Shown here piece after piece: positions 1 through 9,309 of a DNA stretch of 64,000 nt (its first letter is position 1; each line of letters opens with the position of its first letter). The translations under genes were made by a program, and so were the position numbers. Source of the stretch: Pseudomonadota bacterium. GTDB lineage: Bacteria > Pseudomonadota > Alphaproteobacteria > Micavibrionales > UBA2020. The stretch spans positions 51,989 through 115,988 of the forward strand of contig JAJZTA010000002.1 of NCBI GenBank assembly GCA_021849295.1, read 5' to 3'. The notes beneath the pieces were generated by a model, which did not search any database, was not told the origin of the DNA, and saw only the letters and a program-made list of their open reading frames with translations.

Positions 1-1238
1 TCGAAGTCGGGCATCGAGACGCGCTCGGGGTTGAGCATGCGCTCGAACAAAAGGTTCATCTCGATCGGGTCAAGGTCGGTGATGCGGAGCGCCCACGACG
101 CGACCGACGCCGCGCCCGAGCCGCGCCCCGGCCCGACGGGAATGTCATGGTCTTTCGACCACTGGATGAAGTCCGAGCAGATCAGGAAGTATCCGCCGAA
201 GCCCATCTTGTTGACGATGCCGAGCTCGAACTCCAGACGCTCGTGGTATTTTTTCCGCGTTTCGGCCTTTTTCTTCTCGTCCCAGTCGGGCTTGAAAACG
301 TAATTCTCGAGCCGCCAGTCGAGGCCCTTGCGCGCGCGGTCGGTGACCTCTTCTTCCTCGCTCTTGCCGTTGCCCGCGTCGAAGCGCGGCAGCAGCGGCT
401 TGATCTGCTCCAGCAAAAAGCCGCAGCGCTCGGCGATGACGACGGTGTTTTCGATCGCCTCCGGCAGGTCCTTGAACAGCTCCGCCATCTGCTCCGCGGA
501 CTTGAAATAATGCTCGGGCGTCACGCGGCGGCGCGCCATGTCCTGCACGAAAGCGCCCTCGGCGATGCAGAGAAACGCGTCGTGCGCCTCGTACATGCCG
601 GGATCGGGGAAGAAGCAGTCGTTGGTCGCGACGATGGGAATGTCGTGCTTGTAGGCGAGATCGAGCAGGCCGTCCTCGATCGCCACTTCCTCGGCGACGC
701 CGTGGCGCTGCAGCTCGACGTAGAGCCTGTCGCCGTATACGTCTTTCAGCCACAGCAGCTGCTTTTCCGCGGCCTCGGCCTGATGCGACGCCAGCAGGCG
801 CCCGACGGCGCCCTTCGCGCCGCCGGTCAGGCAGATCAGGCCTTTCGACCATGTCTTGAGATCGTCCCACGCGACGGCGGGCTTGTCGGCGTGCTCCAGC
901 GGCGTGAGATAGCCCTTGCTCGAAAGACGGATAAGGTTTTTGTAGCCCTCTTGCGTCTGCGCGAGCAGGACGATCTGGTCGGGGGTTTCGGTTTTTTTGC
1001 TGCGCTCGCCGACTTGCTCGGGCTTTTCGACCCAGAGCTGGCAGCCGATGATCGGCTGGATGCCCTCTTTCGCGGCGGTGACGGAAAATTGCAGCGCGCC
1101 GAACAGATTGCCTGTGTCCGTCACAGCGACAGCGGGCATCTCCAGCTTTTTGCACAATTCGACGAGCTTTTTGATCTTGATCGCGCCTTCGGCGAGAGAA
1201 TAGGCGGAATGCACGCGGAGATGAACGAACTCCGCCAT
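1..1238 (-). CDS. dnaE: DNA polymerase III alpha subunit, N-terminal part (gene runs off window start)
   Basis: Absent from the ORF track because it is open at the window edge. My translation of the minus strand from ATG 1238..1236 gives [51 protein letters not shown]...[45 protein letters not shown], i.e. a PHP domain plus the start of the polymerase core. It starts 2 nt after the lolD stop. The + strand ORF 147..1259 is its antisense shadow. Confidence 0.9.
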   Translation of the reverse strand, partial: MAEFVHLRVHSAYSLAEGAIKIKKLVELCKKLEMPAVAVTDTGNLFGALQFSVTAAKEGIQPIIGCQLWVEKPEQVGERSKKTETPDQIVLLAQTQEGYKNLIRLSSKGYLTPLEHADKPAVAWDDLKTWSKGLICLTGGAKGAVGRLLASHQAEAAEKQLLWLKDVYGDRLYVELQRHGVAEEVAIEDGLLDLAYKHDIPIVATNDCFFPDPGMYEAHDAFLCIAEGAFVQDMARRRVTPEHYFKSAEQMAELFKDLPEAIENTVVIAERCGFLLEQIKPLLPRFDAGNGKSEEEEVTDRARKGLDWRLENYVFKPDWDEKKKAETRKKYHERLEFELGIVNKMGFGGYFLICSDFIQWSKDHDIPVGPGRGSGAASVASWALRITDLDPIEMNLLFERMLNPERVSMPDF

Positions 1239-1239
1239 G

Positions 1240-1908
1240 TCAGACGGTCCCGTCTTTGAGCCGCAACACCCTATCCATGCGCGCGGCGAGGTCTTCGTTA
1301 TGCGTCACCACCAGTGCGCCGATTTTGAGACTGCGGATCGTCTGCACCAGAACCTGAAACACGTCTTCCGCCGTCTGCGGGTCGAGATTGCCCGTCGGCT
1401 CGTCCGCCAATAACAATGCAGGCCGATTGACGAGCGCGCGGGCGATGGCGACGCGCTGCTGCTCGCCGCCGGACATCTGCGAGGGGTAATGCTCGGCGCG
1501 GGCGGCAAGGCCGACGCTCTCGAGCAATTTTGAGGCGCGGTGCTGCGCCTCTTTTTTGTTCACATTGGCGATATATTGCGGCAGCAGCAGGTTTTCGAGC
1601 GCGGTGAAGTCCGGCAGCAGGTGATGGGACTGGTAGACGAAGCCGATTTGCGTGCGGCGCAAATCGGTGCGCAGCTTGTCCGCGCCGCTGGCGACTTTTT
1701 TGCCGTTGACGAAGATCTCGCCGCTGCTCGGGTTTTCAAGCAGCCCCGCGATTTGCAGCAGCGTCGTCTTGCCGCAGCCGCTGGGGCCGAGCAGCGCGAC
1801 GATCTCGCCGCGGCTGATAGACAAATTCACGCCGCGCAGGACTTCCAGCGTTTGCCCGCCCTGCTTGAAACTTCTACGGATATCCTTTAATCGCAAAACC
1901 TCACTCAC
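1240..1908 (-). CDS. lolD: Lipoprotein-releasing system ATP-binding protein LolD (ABC ATPase)
   Basis: Walker [15 protein letters not shown] signature [15 protein letters not shown], Walker [13 protein letters not shown]. Overlaps the upstream FtsX-type permease gene. Confidence 0.85.
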   Translation of the reverse strand: MSEVLRLKDIRRSFKQGGQTLEVLRGVNLSISRGEIVALLGPSGCGKTTLLQIAGLLENPSSGEIFVNGKKVASGADKLRTDLRRTQIGFVYQSHHLLPDFTALENLLLPQYIANVNKKEAQHRASKLLESVGLAARAEHYPSQMSGGEQQRVAIARALVNRPALLLADEPTGNLDPQTAEDVFQVLVQTIRSLKIGALVVTHNEDLAARMDRVLRLKDGTV

Positions 1909-3163
1909 GGCGCAGCGCCTCCACCGGATCGAGCCGTGCCGCGCGCCACGCGGGATAGATCGTCGCGAGGAACGACAGCGCCAGCGACAGCAGGATGATC
2001 AGCGCCGTCTGGTGCGGGTTCATCTTCGCGGGCAGCTTGGTGAGATAATAGATCTCGGCGTTGAAGAGGTTGCGGTGCAAAAGCCCCTGCAGCCACTCGC
2101 GGATCTGCTCGATATGGTGGCAGAAGACCACGCCGATCAGCGCGCCCGCCGCCGTGCCGCCGATGCCGATGGCCGAGCCGGTGTATAGGAAGATGCGGAT
2201 GATCTGCCCGCGCGTCGCGCCCATGGTGCGCAAAATCGCGATATCCGCGCCCTTGTCCTTCACCAGCATGATGAGGCTGGAGATGATGTTGAAGGCGGCG
2301 ACGATGATGATCAGCGTCAGGATCAAAAACATCACGTTGCTCTCGACCTGCAGGGCGTTGTAGAAGCCCGCGTTGTTGTCGCGCCAGTCGGCGACGTCGT
2401 AATCGGCGGAGAGCGTGTTGCGGATGGCGTTTTCCGTCTGGTCGAAATGCGCGGGATCGGGCGTCATGATCTCGATGGCGCTGACCGCATGCCCCAAGCC
2501 GAGGAAGCTCTGCGCCGCTTTCAGCGGCATGAAGACGAAGCTGCTGTTGTATTCGTACATGCCGACGTCGAACACCGAGCCGACGATGAAGGACTGCGCG
2601 CGCGGAATGGTGCCGAACGGCGTCGCCTTGCCCTTGGGCGCGATCAGCACCAGCTTGTCGCCGATGTCGATGTGAAAGCGTTCGGCGAGGTCCTTGCCGA
2701 TCGCCACCTCGTCCCCGCCGAAGCCGCGCCCCGAGAAACCGGCGATCGCCGGCATCTTGCGCAGGATGGAGGTGGAGAGAATGGGCTTTTTGAAGAAATC
2801 CTCGGGCGTGATGCCGCGGATGACCGCGCCGCCCGCGATGCCGTTCGCCGTCAAAAGCGCCTGCCCCTCGATGGAGGGCGTCGCGCTCGTCACGCCGGGG
2901 ATTTTTTTGATTTGTTCGATGATCGGCTCGTAAGGATAGAACGGGCCGACGCGCGAATAGACGTTGATATGCCCGTTGAGGCCGAGGATCCGCCCGACCA
3001 GCTCGACGCGGAACCCGTTCATCACCGCCATGACGATGATCAGCGTCGCGACGCCCAATAATATCCCCAGGAAAGAAAAGCCGGCGATGACGGAGATAAA
3101 CCCCTCGCGCCGCTTGGAGCGCAAGTACCGCCCCGCCACCATTCCTTCAAAGGCGAATGACAT
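1901..3163 (-). CDS. lolC: Lipoprotein-releasing system permease (LolC/E family, FtsX-like)
   Basis: 420 aa. N-terminal TM, large periplasmic loop and C-terminal FtsX-type TM bundle (ILRTMGATRGQIIRIF...). Sits immediately upstream of lolD. Confidence 0.8.
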   Translation of the reverse strand: MSFAFEGMVAGRYLRSKRREGFISVIAGFSFLGILLGVATLIIVMAVMNGFRVELVGRILGLNGHINVYSRVGPFYPYEPIIEQIKKIPGVTSATPSIEGQALLTANGIAGGAVIRGITPEDFFKKPILSTSILRKMPAIAGFSGRGFGGDEVAIGKDLAERFHIDIGDKLVLIAPKGKATPFGTIPRAQSFIVGSVFDVGMYEYNSSFVFMPLKAAQSFLGLGHAVSAIEIMTPDPAHFDQTENAIRNTLSADYDVADWRDNNAGFYNALQVESNVMFLILTLIIIVAAFNIISSLIMLVKDKGADIAILRTMGATRGQIIRIFLYTGSAIGIGGTAAGALIGVVFCHHIEQIREWLQGLLHRNLFNAEIYYLTKLPAKMNPHQTALIILLSLALSFLATIYPAWRAARLDPVEALRRE

Positions 3164-3166
3164 GCT

Positions 3167-4639
3167 TTAATACGCCTTCGCCACGATGACCTTTTGCCCC
3201 TCATCATCGAACGGCAGGCAACGCGGCGTGACGGAGAAGTCTTTCTTGATGGCTTCGAATTCTTCGGAATCCTGTATCAGCTTGTAGTCGATGCGCACGC
3301 CGCCGATTTTTTCTCCGGCGAAGAAATCGCGCATCTCTTTCAGGCTCGCGACGTCGGTGACCATGGCCTTCATCTTCTCCCGCGCGCGGTCCAGCATGTC
3401 TTTTTGCATTTGGTCGAGAACGCCGCCGATGGAGGACAAAAATTCCCCGACCGTCGCCGTCTTTTTGCCGTCCTTGCCGAGGTCGCGGCGCGTGAAGGTG
3501 AGTTTTCCTTCGGCGATTTCGCGCGCGCCGACTTCGACCCGCACCGGAACGCCCTTTTTGATCGCCGTCCACATTTTGTCGGACGAGCGGGCTTCGGTCT
3601 TGTCGGTGCGCGCCGTCACGCCCTTGGCCGCCAGCTGCTTTTGCAGCTCGTCGCAGAAGGCGAGAATTTTATCCGTGTCGGCGTCGTCGCGGACGATGGG
3701 CAGAATGGCGACCTGATGGGGCGCGAGCTTCGGCGGCATCACCATGCCGTCGTCGTCCGCGTGCACCATGATCAGCGCGCCGACCGTGCGCGAGGACAAG
3801 CCCCACGAGGTCGTCCACGCGTGCTTCAAGGTGCCGTCGCGGTCAAGGAACTTGATGTCGGCGGAATTGGAGAAGGTCTGGCCGAGGTTGTGCGAGGTGC
3901 AGCCCTGCAGCGCCTTGCCGTCCTGCATGAAGGCCTCGATGGTGTAGGTCTCGATCGCGCCGGGAAAGCGCTCGTCCGGCGTCTTCGCGCCGATATAGCC
4001 CGGCACGGCCATGTAATCCTCGTAAAATTCGCGGTAGACGTCGATCATGCGCCGCGCGTCGGCCTCGGCCTGATCGTGGGTTTCGAAAACATTGTGCCCT
4101 TCCTGCCACAGGAACTCCGACGTGCGCAGAAAGATGCGCGGGCGCATTTCCCAGCGCATGACGTTCGCCCACTGGTTGATCTTCAGCGGCAGGTCGCGGT
4201 AGGACTGCACCCAGCGCGAATAGACGTCGCCGATGATGGTCTCGGAGGTCGGACGGATGATCATCGGCTCGGTCAGCTCGCCCGCGGGCACGAGGTCGCC
4301 CGCGTCGTTGGCTTCGAGCCGGTGGTGGGTGACTACGGCGCATTCCTTGGCGAAGCCGTCGATGTGCTTGGCTTCCTTGGCGATGAAGCTCAGGGGAATC
4401 AGCAGCGGGAAGTAGGCGTTGTCCACCCCTTCGGCCTTGATCATGGCGTCGAGGTGCTTCTGGATGTTTTCCCACACCGCGTAGCCGTAGGGGCGGATGA
4501 CCATGCAGCCGCGTACGGGGGCGTTTTCCGCCATCTCCGCCGCCTTGATGACGTTCTGGTACCACTCGGGGAAATTCTCCTCGCGCGTCGGGGTGATGGC
4601 CGTACGGGGGGCTTTGTTGCTTTTGGCTGCTTCTGTCAT
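3167..4639 (-). CDS. proS: Prolyl-tRNA synthetase, archaeal/eukaryote-like architecture
   Basis: 490 aa class II aaRS. N-terminus TPTREENFPEWYQNVIKAAEMAENAPVRGCMVIRPYGYAVWE, no INS editing insertion, C-terminal extra domain ending in Tyr (..VIVAKAY). Confidence 0.9.
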   Translation of the reverse strand: MTEAAKSNKAPRTAITPTREENFPEWYQNVIKAAEMAENAPVRGCMVIRPYGYAVWENIQKHLDAMIKAEGVDNAYFPLLIPLSFIAKEAKHIDGFAKECAVVTHHRLEANDAGDLVPAGELTEPMIIRPTSETIIGDVYSRWVQSYRDLPLKINQWANVMRWEMRPRIFLRTSEFLWQEGHNVFETHDQAEADARRMIDVYREFYEDYMAVPGYIGAKTPDERFPGAIETYTIEAFMQDGKALQGCTSHNLGQTFSNSADIKFLDRDGTLKHAWTTSWGLSSRTVGALIMVHADDDGMVMPPKLAPHQVAILPIVRDDADTDKILAFCDELQKQLAAKGVTARTDKTEARSSDKMWTAIKKGVPVRVEVGAREIAEGKLTFTRRDLGKDGKKTATVGEFLSSIGGVLDQMQKDMLDRAREKMKAMVTDVASLKEMRDFFAGEKIGGVRIDYKLIQDSEEFEAIKKDFSVTPRCLPFDDEGQKVIVAKAY

Positions 4640-4718
4640 AATACCGGACCTTTTTGATGTGGCTCCAGCTTACAGACGGGGCGGATTCCGGTCAATGGAA
4701 TTGCGGGTTGTAAAGCCT

Positions 4719-5180
4719 CTATTTCTTGGGCTTTTTGGCCTTCTTTTCGGGCTTTGCGGGGGTTTTTACGCCGCAATAGGCCTCGAGCTGGGCAACGGCC
4801 TCGCCGGACATGTCCTGCCCGTTCCAGGTGGCGGTGCCGTCCTTGTAGATGGTCACCTGCCCGACCGGTATCAGGCCCTGCGTGCCGGGCGGCACCGTGA
4901 GGCCGAGGTAGTTCGCCGCCTCGACGTTGAGGGTAAAACTGTAGCTGTCCGGCAGGGTGACAGGCGACGGGGCGATGTCCGCCGGAACGACGGGATTGCC
5001 GTCCGCATCCACCCCCGCCTGATAATCCACCCCCGGCGGCGTGTGGTAGGCGACGATGTTCTGGCAGTCCTGCTGGGTGATGCCGAGGTCGCTGGCATCC
5101 TGCGCGAAGGCGGCGGCGGGCTGCGCGAAAACCAGAACGGAAAGGATGAACAGAATCTTCTTCCCAAAAATATTTTTCAT
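4719..5180 (-). CDS. Secreted hypothetical protein with Lys-rich C-terminal tail
   Basis: Signal peptide MKNIFGKKILFILSVLVFAQPAAAFAQD. Non-shadow amino-acid composition. Start overlaps the upstream gene stop by 4 nt. Confidence 0.6.
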   Translation of the reverse strand: MKNIFGKKILFILSVLVFAQPAAAFAQDASDLGITQQDCQNIVAYHTPPGVDYQAGVDADGNPVVPADIAPSPVTLPDSYSFTLNVEAANYLGLTVPPGTQGLIPVGQVTIYKDGTATWNGQDMSGEAVAQLEAYCGVKTPAKPEKKAKKPKK

Positions 5181-5425
5181 TGTGCAAACATCTCATGCCA
5201 ATTGACGATTTTGAGATCGGTGACGATCACGATAATCGCCATGATAACGCCGGAAAAGAGCGTATTCCAGAGAATTTTTTTCTTGAGATTGGCCTTGGCG
5301 GGCGCGCCGGCGGCGTAGCCCTTGCACTCTTCCCCGTGCCGCTCCACGCCGATGGGCAGGATCATGAAAAAGGTCAGCCACCACAGCGGCAGCCAGATGA
5401 AAAAAATCGTCGAAGCTTTCATCAT
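5177..5425 (-). CDS. Small membrane protein, DUF1467-like
   Basis: 82 aa with two hydrophobic helices (IFFIWLPLWWLTFFMILPIGV, LFSGVIMAIIVIVTDL) and a central GAPAKANLKKK segment. From memory this matches the alphaproteobacterial DUF1467 pattern. Confidence 0.55.
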   Translation of the reverse strand: MMKASTIFFIWLPLWWLTFFMILPIGVERHGEECKGYAAGAPAKANLKKKILWNTLFSGVIMAIIVIVTDLKIVNWHEMFAQ

Positions 5426-5426
5426 G

Positions 5427-7121
5427 TCAGATCCTCACCAGATGCACGCGGGTCTGCGGCTTGCGGTCGAACCGCGCGTTGAAAAACCGCCGCGCCGTGA
5501 CGCGCACCATCTCGGAGAGCGCGTCGTCGTCCGCGCGTAGCTCCTTGGGCGCGTTTTCCACCGCCTTTTTGATCTCCTTGACCGCGTCGGCGATATATTG
5601 CGCGTCGAGCTCGCTGTTTTCGTCGAGCAGGCCGAGCGCCGTCACTTTGGGCGGCGCGGCGAGTTTGCCGTGGGCGTCGATGACCACCGTCACGACGGCG
5701 CTGCCGTTGAACATCATGCGCTTGCGCACCAATATGGCCTCGTGATCGACGGCGACGACGCGCCCGCCCTCGACGGCGAGGATGCCGGCCTGCACCTCGC
5801 CCACGTAGGAGGCGATGCCCTCGCTGGCGATTTCCAGCACCTGCCCGTTGGCGGGCATGATGGTCTGCAAGTCATATCCCAGATTGGCGCCCGCTTCCCG
5901 CGCCAGCGCGGCGTGTTTTTCAAGCTGCATCCGCTCGCCGTGGACGGGAATGGCGATCTTCGGCTTCGTCCAGGCGTAAAGCTGTTTCAGCTCCTCGCGG
6001 TAGGGGTGGCCGGAAACGTGGATAGGCGCCTCGCGGTCGGTGATGACGTTGATGCCCGCGCCGTAAAAGCGGTTTTTGATCCGGTCGATGGCGCGCTGGT
6101 TGCCGGGAATGGCGCGGGAGGAAAAGATGATCACGTCGTCGGCGCGCAGGCGCACGCGCGGATGGTCTTCCGCCGCGATCTTCGCCAGCGCCGCGCGCGG
6201 CTCGCCCTGCGAGCCGGTGCAAATATAGACGATTTTTCCGGCGTCGAGCATGTTCGCCTCGTCTTCCTCGATGAAGGGGCGCGTGTCCTTGAGGTAGCCG
6301 CTCTGCCGCGCCACCTCGTCGATCTTCCACAATGACCTGCCGACGAGGCAGACTTTCCGTCCGTTGGCCTTGGCGGCGGCGTCGATGCTGGAGAGGCGTG
6401 CGACGTTGGTGGCGAAGCAGGTGATGGCGATTTTGTCTTTGAACTCGCCGAAAAGGTCGGCGAGGTTTTTCTGCACGGCGCGCTCCGAGCCGGAATGGCC
6501 CGGCACCATGGCGTTGGTGCTGTCGCCGACGAGCGCCAGAACGCCCGTTTCACCCAGCGTTTTCAGGGCTTTTTCGTCCGTCACCCCGCCCTCGACGGGA
6601 TCGGGGTCGAGCTTCCAGTCGCCGGTGTGCAAAATCGTGCCGACGCGCTTGACGCTGATCGCCAGCGCGTTGGCCTCGGGGATCGAGTGCGCCATCGGGA
6701 TGTATTCGATATGGAACGGCCCGAAGTCCAGCTTGCCCTGCGGCGGCACTTCGTGGATGCGCGCCTCCGGCCCCCAGGTCGCGTCGTCGATCGCCTTGCG
6801 GATGCGCCCCGCGGTGAACTTCGTCGCGTAAAGCGGTTTGCGCAAGCGCGGCCAGAGATGGGGGATCGCGCCGATATGGTCCTCGTGCCCGTGCGTCAAA
6901 ACGATGGCGAGCAGGTCGTCGCCCAGCTCCGCGGCGAAGGTCGGGTCGGGCAGCAGCACGTCCACGCCCGGCATCGTGTCGTCGGCGAAGCCCATGCCGC
7001 AATCGACCATGATCCACTGGCCGTTATAGCCGTAGAGCGTCATGTTGGCGCCGAAAAACCCGCAGCCGCCGAGCGGCACCATATAAATGGAATCTTCTTT
7101 CATGTCGAACGGCAGGGACAT
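5427..7121 (-). CDS. rnj: Ribonuclease J (metallo-beta-lactamase / beta-CASP family)
   Basis: 564 aa. MBL motif LTHGHEDHIGAIP, beta-CASP region, HVSGHPYREELKQL. ATGA overlap with the birA stop. Confidence 0.85.
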   Translation of the reverse strand: MSLPFDMKEDSIYMVPLGGCGFFGANMTLYGYNGQWIMVDCGMGFADDTMPGVDVLLPDPTFAAELGDDLLAIVLTHGHEDHIGAIPHLWPRLRKPLYATKFTAGRIRKAIDDATWGPEARIHEVPPQGKLDFGPFHIEYIPMAHSIPEANALAISVKRVGTILHTGDWKLDPDPVEGGVTDEKALKTLGETGVLALVGDSTNAMVPGHSGSERAVQKNLADLFGEFKDKIAITCFATNVARLSSIDAAAKANGRKVCLVGRSLWKIDEVARQSGYLKDTRPFIEEDEANMLDAGKIVYICTGSQGEPRAALAKIAAEDHPRVRLRADDVIIFSSRAIPGNQRAIDRIKNRFYGAGINVITDREAPIHVSGHPYREELKQLYAWTKPKIAIPVHGERMQLEKHAALAREAGANLGYDLQTIMPANGQVLEIASEGIASYVGEVQAGILAVEGGRVVAVDHEAILVRKRMMFNGSAVVTVVIDAHGKLAAPPKVTALGLLDENSELDAQYIADAVKEIKKAVENAPKELRADDDALSEMVRVTARRFFNARFDRKPQTRVHLVRI

Positions 7122-7861
7122 CAGGCGAACACCTCGCCGGTGTTGACGACGTGGCGTTTGCCCGCGTCATCGGTCAAAATCAGCGCGCCGGTGGAATCGA
7201 GGTCTTCGAACACGCCGGTCAGCGTTTCTTTGGGCAGGCGCGCGGAGATGGTTTCGCCCAGCTTGTAGGCGCGCGCCAGCCACGCGGCGCGGACGGCGGC
7301 AAAGCCGTCTTTTTCCCACGCCGCGGCGAGCTTCATGATCTCCGCCGCCAGCCGCTCCAGCACATGGCCCGCATCGGCGTCCGCGACGCCCGCATCGGCC
7401 AGCGAGGTCGCGTTTTCCGGCGCGCTTTTGACGTTCACGCCGATGCCGACGACCGCCCACGGCACCTGCAGCGCGCCCTGACTTTCGGTCTCGACCAGAA
7501 TGCCCGCGGCCTTTTTGCCGTCGATGAAAAGGTCGTTCGGCCATTTGAGACGGATGTCGCGTTCCTGAGAAACAAGCCCAGCCAGCGCGTTCGCCAGCGC
7601 CACGCCCGCCAGCAGCGACAATTGCCCCACCTGCGCCGCGTTCACCTTCGGGCGCAGGATGACGGTCATGAAAAGATTGCCCTCTTGCGAAACCCAGCTG
7701 TTGCCCTGCCGGCCGCGCCCCGCCGTCTGCTCGTGCGCCCAGACGACGACGCCCGCGGGATAGCCGTTGCGCGCCAGTCCGCGCGCATGGTCGTTGGTGC
7801 TGCCGGTCGTCTGCAATTCGACGAGACTGAGCGGCGGCGCCAGCTGCGGTTTGTACGGCAT
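7121..7861 (-). CDS. birA: Biotin--[acetyl-CoA-carboxylase] ligase
   Basis: 246 aa. QTAGRGRQGNSW biotin-protein ligase motif. No N-terminal HTH domain. Directly downstream of nuoN. Confidence 0.8.
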   Translation of the reverse strand: MPYKPQLAPPLSLVELQTTGSTNDHARGLARNGYPAGVVVWAHEQTAGRGRQGNSWVSQEGNLFMTVILRPKVNAAQVGQLSLLAGVALANALAGLVSQERDIRLKWPNDLFIDGKKAAGILVETESQGALQVPWAVVGIGVNVKSAPENATSLADAGVADADAGHVLERLAAEIMKLAAAWEKDGFAAVRAAWLARAYKLGETISARLPKETLTGVFEDLDSTGALILTDDAGKRHVVNTGEVFA

Positions 7862-9306
7862 TACTGGAGCAGCGACTGCGCCGCGGCGTGGGCGCTCTCC
7901 AGCACCGGCGCGGGCACGACGATAAAGAGCATCACGGCAACGGTCGCGGCGGCGAGAACGAAGTTCAGCCCGTTATCCTGCGCCGCGTCGATGCCCGCCG
8001 CTTTCGGCTCCTCGAAATACATCACCTTGATGATGCGGATGTAATAATAGGCCGCGACCACCGATGTCAGCACGCCGATCACCGCCAGCGTGTAAAGCCC
8101 CGCCGCCACCGCCGCCTGAAAGACGAACAGCTTCCCGAAGAAGCCCGCCATCGGCGGAATGCCCGCCATAGAGAACATCAGCACCGCCATGCAGAAGGCC
8201 AGCGGCGGCTGGCTTTTGCCGAGGCCGGAGAGATCGGCGATTTCCTCGACCATCTTGCCGTCCTTCTTCATCATCAGCACGACGCAGAAGGTGCCGGCGC
8301 TCATCACGGCGTAGATCGTCATGTAAATAATCACCGCCTGCACGCCCGCGACGCTCGCCGCCGCGAGGCCGACCAGCGCGTAGCCCATGTGGCCGATGGA
8401 GCTGTAGGCCAGCAGGCGCTTGATGTTTTTTTGCGCGACCGCCGCGACGCCGCCGAGCAGCATCGAGGCGATGGAAATGACCACGATCACCTGCTGCCAC
8501 TGCTGCGTCATGTCCCAGAACGGGCCTTCCAGCAAGCGGGTGAGCAGCGCGATGGCCGCCACCTTGGGCGCGATGGCGAAGAAGGCCGTGACGGGCGTCG
8601 GCGCGCCCTCGTAGACGTCCGGCGCCCACATGTGGAACGGCACGGCGGAAATCTTGAACGCCAGCGCGGCCAGCACCAGCACCATGCCCGTCACCATGCC
8701 CGGCATGGATGCGGCGTGGCCCTGCAGGAGGGCCGCGATCTGCGGGAAGTCGACCGAACCGGTGTAGCCGTAGAGCAGCGACGCGCCGTAGAGGAACAGG
8801 CCGGAGGAAAGCGCGCCCAGCACGAAATATTTCAGGCCCGCCTCGGTCGAGCGCACGGAGTCGCGCCGGATCGCCGCCAGCACGTAGAGCGGCAGGCTCT
8901 GCAGCTCGAGGCCCATGTAAAGCGTGATCAGGCTGTCGGCCGAGATCATCAGCATCATGCCGAGCGTCGCGAAGAGGATGAGGACGGGATATTCGATGCG
9001 CGCGGCGTTCTCGCGCTCGAGATATTTCGTCGCCATGACCAAAGACACGGCGGAGCCCGTCACGGCGACGAGCTTCATGTAAATCGAGAACTTGTCGGAG
9101 ATGAACATGCCGCCGAACGCGCTGCCGGAGTGGCTGAGCGCGACCAGCACGCCGACGAAGGCGAGAATGGCCACCGCCAGACGCGACACCAGCCTGTAGT
9201 TTTCCTTTTTCGCGGAAACTGCCATCAGCAGCAGGAGCAGCGACAGGACCGCCAGCCTTGTTTCCGGCATTGCGACGATCAGGTCTTGGGGGTTAAAAGC
9301 GGTCAT
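7861..9306 (-). CDS. nuoN: NADH-quinone oxidoreductase subunit N
   Basis: 481-aa polytopic antiporter-like subunit. Last gene of the nuo operon. Confidence 0.9.
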   Translation of the reverse strand: MTAFNPQDLIVAMPETRLAVLSLLLLLMAVSAKKENYRLVSRLAVAILAFVGVLVALSHSGSAFGGMFISDKFSIYMKLVAVTGSAVSLVMATKYLERENAARIEYPVLILFATLGMMLMISADSLITLYMGLELQSLPLYVLAAIRRDSVRSTEAGLKYFVLGALSSGLFLYGASLLYGYTGSVDFPQIAALLQGHAASMPGMVTGMVLVLAALAFKISAVPFHMWAPDVYEGAPTPVTAFFAIAPKVAAIALLTRLLEGPFWDMTQQWQQVIVVISIASMLLGGVAAVAQKNIKRLLAYSSIGHMGYALVGLAAASVAGVQAVIIYMTIYAVMSAGTFCVVLMMKKDGKMVEEIADLSGLGKSQPPLAFCMAVLMFSMAGIPPMAGFFGKLFVFQAAVAAGLYTLAVIGVLTSVVAAYYYIRIIKVMYFEEPKAAGIDAAQDNGLNFVLAAATVAVMLFIVVPAPVLESAHAAAQSLLQ

Positions 9307-9309
9307 GGT

